DNA of 64,000 nt, taken from NCBI GenBank assembly GCA_016839945.1, contig JAEOTE010000019.1, positions 326 to 64,325 of the forward strand, written 5' to 3'. The notes below the pieces were generated by a model. That model ran no database searches. It was not told where the DNA came from and worked only from the letters and a program-made list of their open reading frames with translations. Position 1 is the first letter of the stretch. The number at the start of each line of letters is the position of its first letter. The position numbers were made by a program, and so were the translations under genes. This document shows positions 19,448 through 27,931 of the stretch, piece by piece. This DNA comes from Candidatus Heimdallarchaeota archaeon. Lineage in GTDB: Archaea > Asgardarchaeota > Heimdallarchaeia > Heimdallarchaeales > Heimdallarchaeaceae.

Positions 19448-19766
19448 CCTCTTCTGAACCTCCTTTATCTTCTTCTGGAACTTTTACATAAATTGCAAAT
19501 TCGGGACAGATTAACTCACAAAAATGACATTCTGCACAATCATCAAAGGTTTTCCCATCAACTAATTTAGGGGGGTGGTAGCCTTTTTCATTAATCTCAT
19601 CGGATTTTTCGAGTATCTCTTCAGGACAATGAATAATACACCATTCACATTCTTTACATCTTTCTTTAATGATGAAAACTTGTGGGGCTTTACCTTTATA
19701 TTTTCGAATGTCGATAAAAGCCGGCCATTCCGGCTTTTTTCGTCTTCTTTCCATTGATGAATTCAT
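19440..19766 (-). CDS. 2-oxoacid:ferredoxin oxidoreductase delta subunit (2x[4Fe-4S] ferredoxin)
   Basis: 108 aa with CKECEWCIIHCP and CAECHFCELICP. Overlaps alpha by 8 nt. The delta-alpha-beta-gamma order is kor-like; the substrate cannot be assigned. Confidence 0.8.
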   Translation of the reverse strand: MNSSMERRRKKPEWPAFIDIRKYKGKAPQVFIIKERCKECEWCIIHCPEEILEKSDEINEKGYHPPKLVDGKTFDDCAECHFCELICPEFAIYVKVPEEDKGGSEEDE

Positions 19767-19986
19767 GGAATTAAACCATCTCGAGATGTTGAGCGCGGTT
19801 CAGAATCTAATTATTTAAAGTTTTATTTTTATACTATACTAGTATTATAACTAAATGTTAAATAGTAAACGATTACTGCATTAAAAAAATCGAAAAAATC
19901 AACAATCAACCTAAAAAAGAAATTATTCAAAAAATTCCAAAAAAAAATTAAAGAAAAATTGAAATAGTGCGACATAGATAAAGTAA
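19767..19986. promoter_or_regulatory. divergent AT-rich intergenic region for the redox operon (-) and the GTPase gene (+)
   Basis: 220 bp. TATA-like elements on the minus strand (tttaaata at 19812-19819, tataaaaata at 19824-19833) lie 45-65 nt upstream of the ATG at 19766. Track ORF 19829..20023 here is low-complexity and unlikely to be real. Confidence 0.35.
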
Positions 19987-20637
19987 TTGTTGAAAATGTT
20001 AACAAGAGATTTGAGTGTAACAATTCTTGGCAACACTGGTGTTGGAAAGACTACTTTAATTCATCGTTTAATTGGTGAAAAATTTGAAGATATTAGTCCT
20101 ACCACAAGTATTGAAGTTCATCAAAAAACAATTCGCTTAAGGAGTCAATCTATTAAATCTAGTTTTAGTTTAGAGAAATATAGAAATTATAGAGTTAGAG
20201 CAATTGATTGTCCTGGTGATATGAGTTTGTGGCCTTATTGGAAAAAAGCTCTAGCTGATTATAATACTAATGGTATTATTTTTATGATAGATCCAACACA
20301 GGATGCAAAAGTACAGATAGATGCACTTACTCAGGTTTCCAATTATTTCTTAATGACACTGGATGATGATGTTGCCAGAGCTGAAAGAAAAGCAAGAAAA
20401 GTGAAAGCAATATTTTTCCTTGTAGTAAACAAAGTTGATCTTCTCGACTATAGCAAAGGAAAAGCAGATCAAGTAATCAGAGAAAATTATCAAACAGCTT
20501 GGAATCATCTAAAAGAAAGATATCCAAATAGTGGTCATTACTGGGAAGCTATATCCGCTATCGATGAATCAGAACAGATGTATGAGTCTATCGATGGAAT
20601 TTTTGAAACAATAAAAAGAGAGATTTATGGAGACTAA
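19987..20637 (+). CDS. Ras-superfamily small GTPase (Rag/Arf-like, Asgard-type)
   Basis: G1 GNTGVGKTT, G3 DCPGD, G4 NKVD, G5 SAI. A ~25-aa insert sits between G1 and G3. Start is either TTG 19987 or ATG 19996. Confidence 0.8.
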   Translation: MLKMLTRDLSVTILGNTGVGKTTLIHRLIGEKFEDISPTTSIEVHQKTIRLRSQSIKSSFSLEKYRNYRVRAIDCPGDMSLWPYWKKALADYNTNGIIFMIDPTQDAKVQIDALTQVSNYFLMTLDDDVARAERKARKVKAIFFLVVNKVDLLDYSKGKADQVIRENYQTAWNHLKERYPNSGHYWEAISAIDESEQMYESIDGIFETIKREIYGD

Positions 20638-20709
20638 TTCTTGTTATCCTAAATTATCTCCTTATCGAAAAATCTTTATTTTGATTTTTTATTTTCCTCA
20701 AGTGATAGT

Positions 20710-21432
20710 ATGATAGAGGAAAAAGAATCTACAGAAGTACTAGAAGAAGAAGTTCCAGAAGAAGAGGTTTCAGAGGAGATACCTTCTGAAGAAGAACTTC
20801 CCAAAAAAGATAAAGAAACTAAAAAATATATACATAATTGCACAAAATGTGGCAATTGCTGTGAAAAGTGGGGAGAAATTCCTATCTATTTAGAAGATTT
20901 ACAACGATGGTTTCTAGATGGAACAATAAGCTATGTTTTGCCTTTTATCCAGCTTCGAGAAGCACCTCCAGCTTATGTGCGGTTAGTTATCCAAAAACTT
21001 AGTACAGAAGGGGAAGATCCTAATCCTTCAGGTTGCCCTCTATATGACTATAGCAATAAAATCTGTAATGTTTATTCTTCAATGCCATTACATTGTGCTG
21101 CATATCCTTTAGCATTTAACGGTGAAAAATTCTTTTTAGTAGATACAGAATCTCCTGGACTTGGAAATGGTAATATGACAACCGAATCATTAGAGCATGC
21201 AAGACAAAGAGCTAAAGATCATTTCACTGCATTGTCTACAACAAGTTCACTGCTTCCTGTTCTTTATGCAGTCATTGTGGGAAATATTATGAGACAAAGC
21301 CAAGAAACCATGGAATCATTACCAGAAGAAGATAAGAAGAAATTGGAAGAGCTTTTCGCAAAGTCAAGAGAAACAGATTCTGATGAATCTGAAGAAATTC
21401 AAGATAAAGAACAAGAAGAAGAAATTGAGTGA
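20710..21432 (+). CDS. YkgJ/UPF0153-like CxxCxxCC cysteine-cluster protein with acidic tails
   Basis: 240 aa. CTKCGNCCEKWGEIPI..., GCPLYD...CNVY...HCAAYP. Both termini are Glu-rich and low-complexity. Confidence 0.5.
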   Translation: MIEEKESTEVLEEEVPEEEVSEEIPSEEELPKKDKETKKYIHNCTKCGNCCEKWGEIPIYLEDLQRWFLDGTISYVLPFIQLREAPPAYVRLVIQKLSTEGEDPNPSGCPLYDYSNKICNVYSSMPLHCAAYPLAFNGEKFFLVDTESPGLGNGNMTTESLEHARQRAKDHFTALSTTSSLLPVLYAVIVGNIMRQSQETMESLPEEDKKKLEELFAKSRETDSDESEEIQDKEQEEEIE

Positions 21433-21436
21433 AACT

Positions 21437-22123
21437 CTAAGCTGGATCTTCTTCATCTTGACAATAAAAAGCTTCTGAACCAAAAAGGTGGCCACTATTT
21501 GATTTAGTTTCTAGATATTTTACATTGTAGACGTTTGGTGTAATAGCAACAGGTATTCTTTCTGTTACTTCTATATCACTGTCACAGAGTTCTGTAACCT
21601 TTTTTGGATTATTTGTAATTAGCTTTACTTTGTTAATCTTTATGGCTTTCAATATATCAACTGCTACCAGATAAGACCTTTCATCAGCCTTGAATCCTAG
21701 TAACTCATTAGCTTCATTTGTGTCATATCCAATTTCTTGGAGAGTATAAGCTTTCAATTTGTTAAATAATCCTATACCTCTCCCTTCTTGTCTTAAATAA
21801 ATCATGACACCATTTTCTTCTTTTGACAAATGGTTAAGAGCACACTCTAATTGCTCTCTACAATCACATCTTAGTGAAGTAAAAGCATCTCCTGTCAAAC
21901 ATTCAGAATGTACTCGAAGTGGTATATTTTCTTTACCAACAGGATTACCCTTCACTATTATGACATGTTCTTTCATATCCCTTAAACTAAGAATTCCTAC
22001 AATTTCAAATTCTCCAAATTGTGTTGGAAGTTTCGCTATAGATCCGAAATGAACTAATTCTGTATCTTTTAAACCAAGCTGCTCTATTCTTGATCTGACT
22101 TTCCTTTCGATATTATTCGACAT
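21437..22123 (-). CDS. ribA: GTP cyclohydrolase II
   Basis: 228 aa. VHSECLTGDAF..LRCDCREQL (Zn site) and IYLRQEGRGIGLFNKLKAY. Confidence 0.85.
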   Translation of the reverse strand: MSNNIERKVRSRIEQLGLKDTELVHFGSIAKLPTQFGEFEIVGILSLRDMKEHVIIVKGNPVGKENIPLRVHSECLTGDAFTSLRCDCREQLECALNHLSKEENGVMIYLRQEGRGIGLFNKLKAYTLQEIGYDTNEANELLGFKADERSYLVAVDILKAIKINKVKLITNNPKKVTELCDSDIEVTERIPVAITPNVYNVKYLETKSNSGHLFGSEAFYCQDEEDPA

Positions 22124-22176
22124 TTATTCAACTCGAATATTATTCAGATACAATCTATTTTAAGTTTAAGTTCTTT

Positions 22177-22467
22177 CTAATATGTGATTTTGAAGAAAGG
22201 TAAATCTTCTTGCGGATTTTTCCATTCTATATTGATATCATATACTTTAGCTGAAGGAGGACCTTTTTTAGCAAATGAAATAAGTTCACAAAGGTCTTCC
22301 TCATTCCCCTCTGCTATTATTTCCACAGAACCATCATGTAGATTTCTTACAATTCCTCTTAATCCTAATTTTGTTGCAACGTCTCTAGTATTAGCTCTAA
22401 AAAAGACACCTTGAACAATACCATAAACAACAATTTCGACTCTTTTTATCTCTTTATCCTTTCCCAT
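22177..22467 (-). CDS. acyP: acylphosphatase
   Basis: 96 aa with VYGIVQGVFFRANTR...GIVRNLHDGSVEIIAEG. Confidence 0.85.
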   Translation of the reverse strand: MGKDKEIKRVEIVVYGIVQGVFFRANTRDVATKLGLRGIVRNLHDGSVEIIAEGNEEDLCELISFAKKGPPSAKVYDINIEWKNPQEDLPFFKITY

Positions 22468-22468
22468 C

Positions 22469-23233
22469 TTAATCCTCCTTCTTTATACTTTCAATTAAAA
22501 CATCAGTAAATTTAGGAAGCGTTTCTTCACAAGGACCTATCAAAGAGAAATCACAAATTGAAGAAATAGGGGTCTCTTCAATATTAAACTCTATAATTAT
22601 TGCGCCATTCTGCTTTGCATAATATGGAAGTGAAGCTACGGGGTGAACGACGCCCGACGTACCAATAACTAGAAGAACATTAGCTTCTAATGTCCATTTT
22701 ATAGCTTGTTCCCATTTTTCTGAATCAAGTGTTTCACCAAACCAAACAACATCAGGGCGTAGTAGATTTGTATTGCAATTAGGGCAATATAGCAAATCCG
22801 AGTCCTTTTTAGCTAATTCTTCTCTGTCCCACCTCTCGCTATAGTTACATGTCATGCATTTCGCATACCTTATTCTCCCATGAATTTCAACAAATTTCTT
22901 CATTCCAGCAATTTCATGTAATCCATCAACATTTTGTGTAATTGTACCAATAGAGATGCCTTCTTTCTCTAGTTTTACTAAAGATTCATGAGAGATATTT
23001 GGTTCAGCATCTAATAGAATTCTCATACGAGCTCTATACCATTCCCATACAAGTTTGGGATCTTTAGAAAACGCATATGGTGTTGCTAAATCCTCTGCTC
23101 TATATTGATTCCACCATCCATCCTCCCCTCTAAAAGTAGGCATACCAGAAGCTTTTGAAATACCCGCTCCTAGAACCGAAACAACTCTTGGTTTTGTTTT
23201 GGTGATTTCTTTTACAATAGAATCAATATGCAT
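22469..23233 (-). CDS. cobB: NAD-dependent protein deacylase, Sir2 family
   Basis: 254 aa. GAGISKASGMPTFRG, QNVDGLH, Zn ribbon CMTC...CPNC, and VVWFGE. Confidence 0.85.
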   Translation of the reverse strand: MHIDSIVKEITKTKPRVVSVLGAGISKASGMPTFRGEDGWWNQYRAEDLATPYAFSKDPKLVWEWYRARMRILLDAEPNISHESLVKLEKEGISIGTITQNVDGLHEIAGMKKFVEIHGRIRYAKCMTCNYSERWDREELAKKDSDLLYCPNCNTNLLRPDVVWFGETLDSEKWEQAIKWTLEANVLLVIGTSGVVHPVASLPYYAKQNGAIIIEFNIEETPISSICDFSLIGPCEETLPKFTDVLIESIKKED

Positions 23234-23307
23234 AGCTATAGATATTAATTCTCATAAATAAAAGTATTAGTGATTTAACTACATAGTTTTGTAGGAAATC
23301 ATAACAA

Positions 23308-24411
23308 CTATACATTAAATTTTCTTTTCTTACCTGTTATATCTTGATACAATTTGTCAATGCTATTTGTATATTCAGGGTATCTAGTAAATGCTATTTG
23401 AAAAGCCATATCGATTTCTGTTTCACCTAGACTTTCAAACTGTTGTTTTGGATTTGTTGTTAAAGCATAATATTGCGAAATTATACTTGTTCCAGAATAA
23501 CGGATTATCTTAACAACCTCTTCTTCAAGTTTTCTGATTGCAGAATCAATAATATCCCTGTGACTATATCCTCCTCCTTCTGCATCTGCTTGTAATTTTT
23601 GTAAGATCTCTATTGAATAGGGACTCTCTTCTCCTCCTCGTGCCTGTCCAACTGTTAAATCACAAATAATATTGTCTGGGTAATTTGACAGTAATTCAGG
23701 AGTTGCAAACAGAACGTCAAATTGATCAGGAGGGATATATTCCGGAGGAAAGAGTGAGACAAGTAGTTCTCTTCTTGGTTGGAATGATTGTAAAGATGAG
23801 AGGAATGGTTTAACCATTTCTTTTGAGCACATAACTATAAGTGGTTTCCCATTTAATAATGCATGAACAACTCTATCTTGACCTTGGCTTATAAGTCGCA
23901 TAAAGAAGTATGGAGCAGCAGCTGATCTTACAATTTCTATGGTTTGTACTCCAGCTGTTACATCTTGTTTAGTCTCTAAGATAGAATTTAGATTTGTACC
24001 CCAATTGAAAATCCTAGTTTTAAGGGATTCATCCATTTGGTAACCTGGTTCATATAATAACAAACCTGAAATTTGTTTTGCGATGTTGGAGCTGTGATAA
24101 TTGAAAACAGGAACCTTAATGTATAACTGAGACTGCATTTCTTCAGGTATTATGTAAGTTAAGCATGCCATGGTGATAGGTGATCTTTTACTTTTACATG
24201 GAACACCAAAGAAGAACGAATAAGCAACACCGCCTAAATCATGAAGAGGCATTACTGCACTAGCTTCTCTTAAGATATCTGTTGCTGCAGCACCCATCAA
24301 CATTCGAATGGATATCTTCTGTGCATCTTCTTCGGTTAAATTATCATAATATATCGCTCTTGTACCAACAGTATCATCAAATACACTAAAACACATTCTG
24401 TTTGGCATCAA
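23308..24411 (-). CDS. hypothetical protein; possible longin plus DENN-like (GEF-type) architecture
   Basis: 367 aa with no TM segments. See the finding; the assignment is pattern-based only. Confidence 0.3.
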   Translation of the reverse strand: MMPNRMCFSVFDDTVGTRAIYYDNLTEEDAQKISIRMLMGAAATDILREASAVMPLHDLGGVAYSFFFGVPCKSKRSPITMACLTYIIPEEMQSQLYIKVPVFNYHSSNIAKQISGLLLYEPGYQMDESLKTRIFNWGTNLNSILETKQDVTAGVQTIEIVRSAAAPYFFMRLISQGQDRVVHALLNGKPLIVMCSKEMVKPFLSSLQSFQPRRELLVSLFPPEYIPPDQFDVLFATPELLSNYPDNIICDLTVGQARGGEESPYSIEILQKLQADAEGGGYSHRDIIDSAIRKLEEEVVKIIRYSGTSIISQYYALTTNPKQQFESLGETEIDMAFQIAFTRYPEYTNSIDKLYQDITGKKRKFNV

Positions 24412-24511
24412 AAAATAATGACTTCCGGTCTCTATTAAATGTATTGTTGAGGGAAACTCATTTTTAGGTATTTTAAGGATATGAGCCTCTAAATCGAAGA
24501 AACACGGAATT

Positions 24512-24520
24512 TTTATATAT
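24512..24520 (+). promoter_or_regulatory. TATA-box candidate for the wHTH gene
   Basis: tttatatat lies about 35-45 nt upstream of the GTG 24555 / ATG 24564 start. Confidence 0.4.
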
Positions 24521-24554
24521 ACTCAATTATATAACACACCTATCCGGTTTAAAA

Positions 24555-24884
24555 GTGGTAGCTATGGGAGAAGAAATTGAACAACTTGTGGAAAGATTAG
24601 GTAGAACTAAACGCTTAATCCTTATCGAGCTATCAAAGGGAGCTGCCGGATATAAAAAGCTTTCAAAGAAATTACAAATAGGCATTGATACTATACGATC
24701 TCATGTAAAAACAGGTAAACATTCGACTTCTCTAACCCAGCTAGGGTTATTAAAACAAGAGGAAAGGGGTTATTCCGTTACAGATTTAGGCTACGATATA
24801 TTGGAGTTTTTGAAGAGAGATCCTAACTTTGCTCCCTATTTTGTAAATGCCCCTGCTATTAATGAAAGCGAAGATGAATCGTAA
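24555..24884 (+). CDS. winged-helix DNA-binding protein (ArsR/MarR-like regulator)
   Basis: 109 aa. RLILIELSKGAAGYKKLSKKLQIGIDTIRSHV..GLLKQEERGYSVTDLG has an HTH-plus-wing pattern. Start is GTG 24555 or ATG 24564. Confidence 0.55.
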   Translation: MVAMGEEIEQLVERLGRTKRLILIELSKGAAGYKKLSKKLQIGIDTIRSHVKTGKHSTSLTQLGLLKQEERGYSVTDLGYDILEFLKRDPNFAPYFVNAPAINESEDES

Positions 24885-24890
24885 TTACGA

Positions 24891-24910
24891 TTTCTCTTCT
24901 TTTTTTTTTA
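24891..24910 (+). terminator. oligo-T terminator between convergent genes
   Basis: tttctcttcttttttttttatt lies 7 nt after the stop at 24884. Confidence 0.5.
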
Positions 24911-24926
24911 TTATTAAAAACAAACA

Positions 24927-26282
24927 TTATTCCAATTTTCTATATATTTTTTCTATTTTCTTTTTCCATTCCATAAAAGTTTGAGGTGAGTTTGGGTAAT
25001 TTCTACACAATTCATCTATTTTCTTACTTAATGACATTGCTTTTTTGACAATTAGAAGTAGATGTAAACGGGGGAAACAACGGATAGTACGACCTAATAA
25101 AGATAAAATCGATTCCTTTCCTGTAACTAATTCAGATGTAAGATCTGACTTTTTAACTACTTTTCTTTTTAGTAGAAACTCAAGATTCTTAACACCTAAT
25201 CTGTTTAAAGCAATAGTTAATACCCTATATCTTGCATGTTCATTGCCGAAATCTTCCATTATTAGCTTATTGTATTTCCATAAACTTTCAGTTGAAACAT
25301 TGTTGTTTTTTATCGCATTTAGCGATGTTTTTGCTGCATAATATCCCGCCAATAAAGCTGGTCCATGACCTTCTGCTGTTAAAGGATCAGCATGAAATGC
25401 GGCATCTCCAGCAACAATTAGACCTGGTGCAACAGCATTCCACAAAGGTGGTCTTATTGGAACTGTTCCCCCTCTCCCATCTAAAGTTCTGTAAGTCTCT
25501 TTAGGATAATATTTCTCAATTGCATTGAAATAAACTGCTTTAACACTTCTTTCTTTATTTTTCCCTGTTTTTATAAAACCAGTACCACAATTTAATTTCC
25601 TTTTTCCATCAGCAAAAAACCATATATATCCTGGTTTTGGTATATCTCCTTCATATTGTAAAACAATCTTACCTTCTAAATTATGATCCTCTTCAAGCTC
25701 AATAATCTCTCTATAACAAGAAGCATAATCTGCTTTAGTTAACTCCTTGTTTAATAAGGTCTCAAAATCTTTTGGAAGGTTAGTACGAACAACTGCAAGA
25801 ATACCACTACAATCTATTACTATTGAACAATAAAGATTTTCATTTTGACCCTGTTTGTTTCTGATTTTAACTCCCTTAACTGTATTACTTTCAACTAAAG
25901 CTGAAATAACTCTTGTGTTATCCTGAATCTTTACACCTGCTTTAGTGGCATTTGCCAATAATCTTTGTCCATAGATGTACCTATCGACCATGTAACCAAT
26001 TGCTGGTAGAGAAATGTGATCAACTGGTAATGAAGTTCTTAGAACAAGTTGTTCTACATTAGTGTTTATTTCTCCTCCAGTTGGAGGTTCAACGTTTAGT
26101 TTTTCTGAAACATTGTGAACTGTCTTTTTTGAGATAGCTTCTCCACATACTTTATCTCCAATTTCTTTTTTTGGTTTACTATCCAATAATAAAGTATTCA
26201 ATCCTTTTTGTTGACAATAAATAGCTGCGCTTACACCTGCTGGTCCTGCACCAACAACAATTACATCAAATGTTTCAGACAT
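24927..26282 (-). CDS. geranylgeranyl reductase family FAD-dependent oxidoreductase
   Basis: 451 aa. FDVIVVGAGPAGVSAA...LLLD and VAGDAAFHADPLTAEG, with about 100 aa of extra C-terminus. Confidence 0.8.
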   Translation of the reverse strand: MSETFDVIVVGAGPAGVSAAIYCQQKGLNTLLLDSKPKKEIGDKVCGEAISKKTVHNVSEKLNVEPPTGGEINTNVEQLVLRTSLPVDHISLPAIGYMVDRYIYGQRLLANATKAGVKIQDNTRVISALVESNTVKGVKIRNKQGQNENLYCSIVIDCSGILAVVRTNLPKDFETLLNKELTKADYASCYREIIELEEDHNLEGKIVLQYEGDIPKPGYIWFFADGKRKLNCGTGFIKTGKNKERSVKAVYFNAIEKYYPKETYRTLDGRGGTVPIRPPLWNAVAPGLIVAGDAAFHADPLTAEGHGPALLAGYYAAKTSLNAIKNNNVSTESLWKYNKLIMEDFGNEHARYRVLTIALNRLGVKNLEFLLKRKVVKKSDLTSELVTGKESILSLLGRTIRCFPRLHLLLIVKKAMSLSKKIDELCRNYPNSPQTFMEWKKKIEKIYRKLE

Positions 26283-26353
26283 TGAGTAACAATCATAACA
26301 ACTAAGATATAAATATTTTAGAAAAAGAGAGTAAGGTTTTACTCTTAAAATTT

Positions 26354-27931
26354 CTAATATTGATCTAAGTTAAAAGCTAATAGTTCTCTCTCTATGTTAG
26401 ATACTTTTTCTTCTACTACCCCTTCTTCTATGTCGCCTATCCGGATTTGGAATAGCTCAAAAACGGGTTGAGTTTCCCCTGATACTGTAAGTAGAACAGA
26501 GATATCTTCATTTCTTTTAGGAGGATTAGTTATCCATGTAATGTACTTAAAGTTTGCATCAGAAGCTTCTTCCATAATCTGGGATTCTACAGGAGACGTA
26601 TTTACTATAACATGATCAGCAGGAATTTTATCTGTAAATGATATCACATCTTCTATATGACTCAGAGCTCTGATAACATATAGAATCTTATATCCTGACT
26701 CTCTAGTTGAAGGTTGAAGTATTTTCAAACTTTTCAGTATATGATTCCCTTCTTTGTCTGTTACAAGTTTTTTACCTCTGAATAAGTACGAGAAATAATC
26801 TAGATTGTATTTTTTCTCTATTAGGCCCTCTGCTTTAACCTTCTTATGTTTCCATCTAACAGTAATACCTTTCATTTTTGCCCTTTCAATAATCCCTTGT
26901 GGAGCAATAGCTTCTGGGATTGTTTTCAGGATGTTGAATTCAGGTGGAATGGTATCTGCAATATATAATTCCTTTATTTCTTTGGAATGTGTGTTAATAT
27001 AATGAGTATTAGATCTGTATTCTAGGTCAGAAGGATTTATATTTTCAAAGGTTTTTAGAACAGTAATTTCTTGTTCATTCACTTCAAGAATAATTCTATT
27101 TATTCTTCTTTTTAGATGATAAGTAATTTCAACTCTGTCTTTTGGATTCAAATCAGGAATTTTCCATTTTATAAGTAATGATTCGTCTCCTCTAACCTGA
27201 TCCTTTTCTGCTCCTTCTTTATCTACATTTGTCATTAAAATCTTGTAACTATATGGGATTTCATCAATGATTTCTATATCGGTCATTTTGGAATCGTATC
27301 TATTAATAACGGTAGTAATAACAGAATATGCACCAATTGTCTCACCTATATTTACGTGCTTCATTATTTCTATACTTTTCTTTTCTCCATCAGCAAGATT
27401 GAACTGATGAGTTCCTTTGATTGTTGAAGGAACGTCTACTCGATTTATATCCACTAGCTTCTGTATCAGTTCATTCATTACAAATTCGTCTTCTGGAAGT
27501 TGCTTTATTTTAGTTAACCTTCCAATGATACTGACATCCTCTTCAACATTAAATGCTACACGAAGGTTTTCAGTGGAGATCTTTAGAGTTTCCAAAATAA
27601 TGTCCTCTAATTGCTCTTCTATCATCTCTTCCGCTCTTATCAAACGTAAGAGTAATCCATAGTCACTTCTTATACCCATGTTTTGGAAATATTCATCTAA
27701 CCAGCGTGCAACTCTTGTTTCGTGTGGAGGTAAAATCGTTGACCAAAAATCAAAAACAGTTCTTACAAGTTCATGCAAATTTTCACATTCTTTTTCATTT
27801 AACAAGTCTCGTGTATCGAAAAACTGGACTAGACCACTCATTGCAGTGTTAAACAGATTAGTATTAGGTTCTATCTCAATGAAATATCTGGTTGATCCCC
27901 AAATTGCTTTTCTTTCTGCCATATCAATCAA
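26354..27931 (-). CDS. hypothetical protein: helical N-domain plus three DUF11-like beta-sandwich repeats
   Basis: 525 aa with no signal peptide or TM. The internal 3x repeat is described in the finding. Confidence 0.6.
   Translation of the reverse strand: MIDMAERKAIWGSTRYFIEIEPNTNLFNTAMSGLVQFFDTRDLLNEKECENLHELVRTVFDFWSTILPPHETRVARWLDEYFQNMGIRSDYGLLLRLIRAEEMIEEQLEDIILETLKISTENLRVAFNVEEDVSIIGRLTKIKQLPEDEFVMNELIQKLVDINRVDVPSTIKGTHQFNLADGEKKSIEIMKHVNIGETIGAYSVITTVINRYDSKMTDIEIIDEIPYSYKILMTNVDKEGAEKDQVRGDESLLIKWKIPDLNPKDRVEITYHLKRRINRIILEVNEQEITVLKTFENINPSDLEYRSNTHYINTHSKEIKELYIADTIPPEFNILKTIPEAIAPQGIIERAKMKGITVRWKHKKVKAEGLIEKKYNLDYFSYLFRGKKLVTDKEGNHILKSLKILQPSTRESGYKILYVIRALSHIEDVISFTDKIPADHVIVNTSPVESQIMEEASDANFKYITWITNPPKRNEDISVLLTVSGETQPVFELFQIRIGDIEEGVVEEKVSNIERELLAFNLDQY

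Noticed and set aside
19829-20023. 64-aa ORF in the divergent promoter region
   Set aside because: Its composition is extremely low-complexity (FFWNFLNNFFF). It overlaps the start of the GTPase gene on the opposite strand and sits in an AT-rich promoter spacer.
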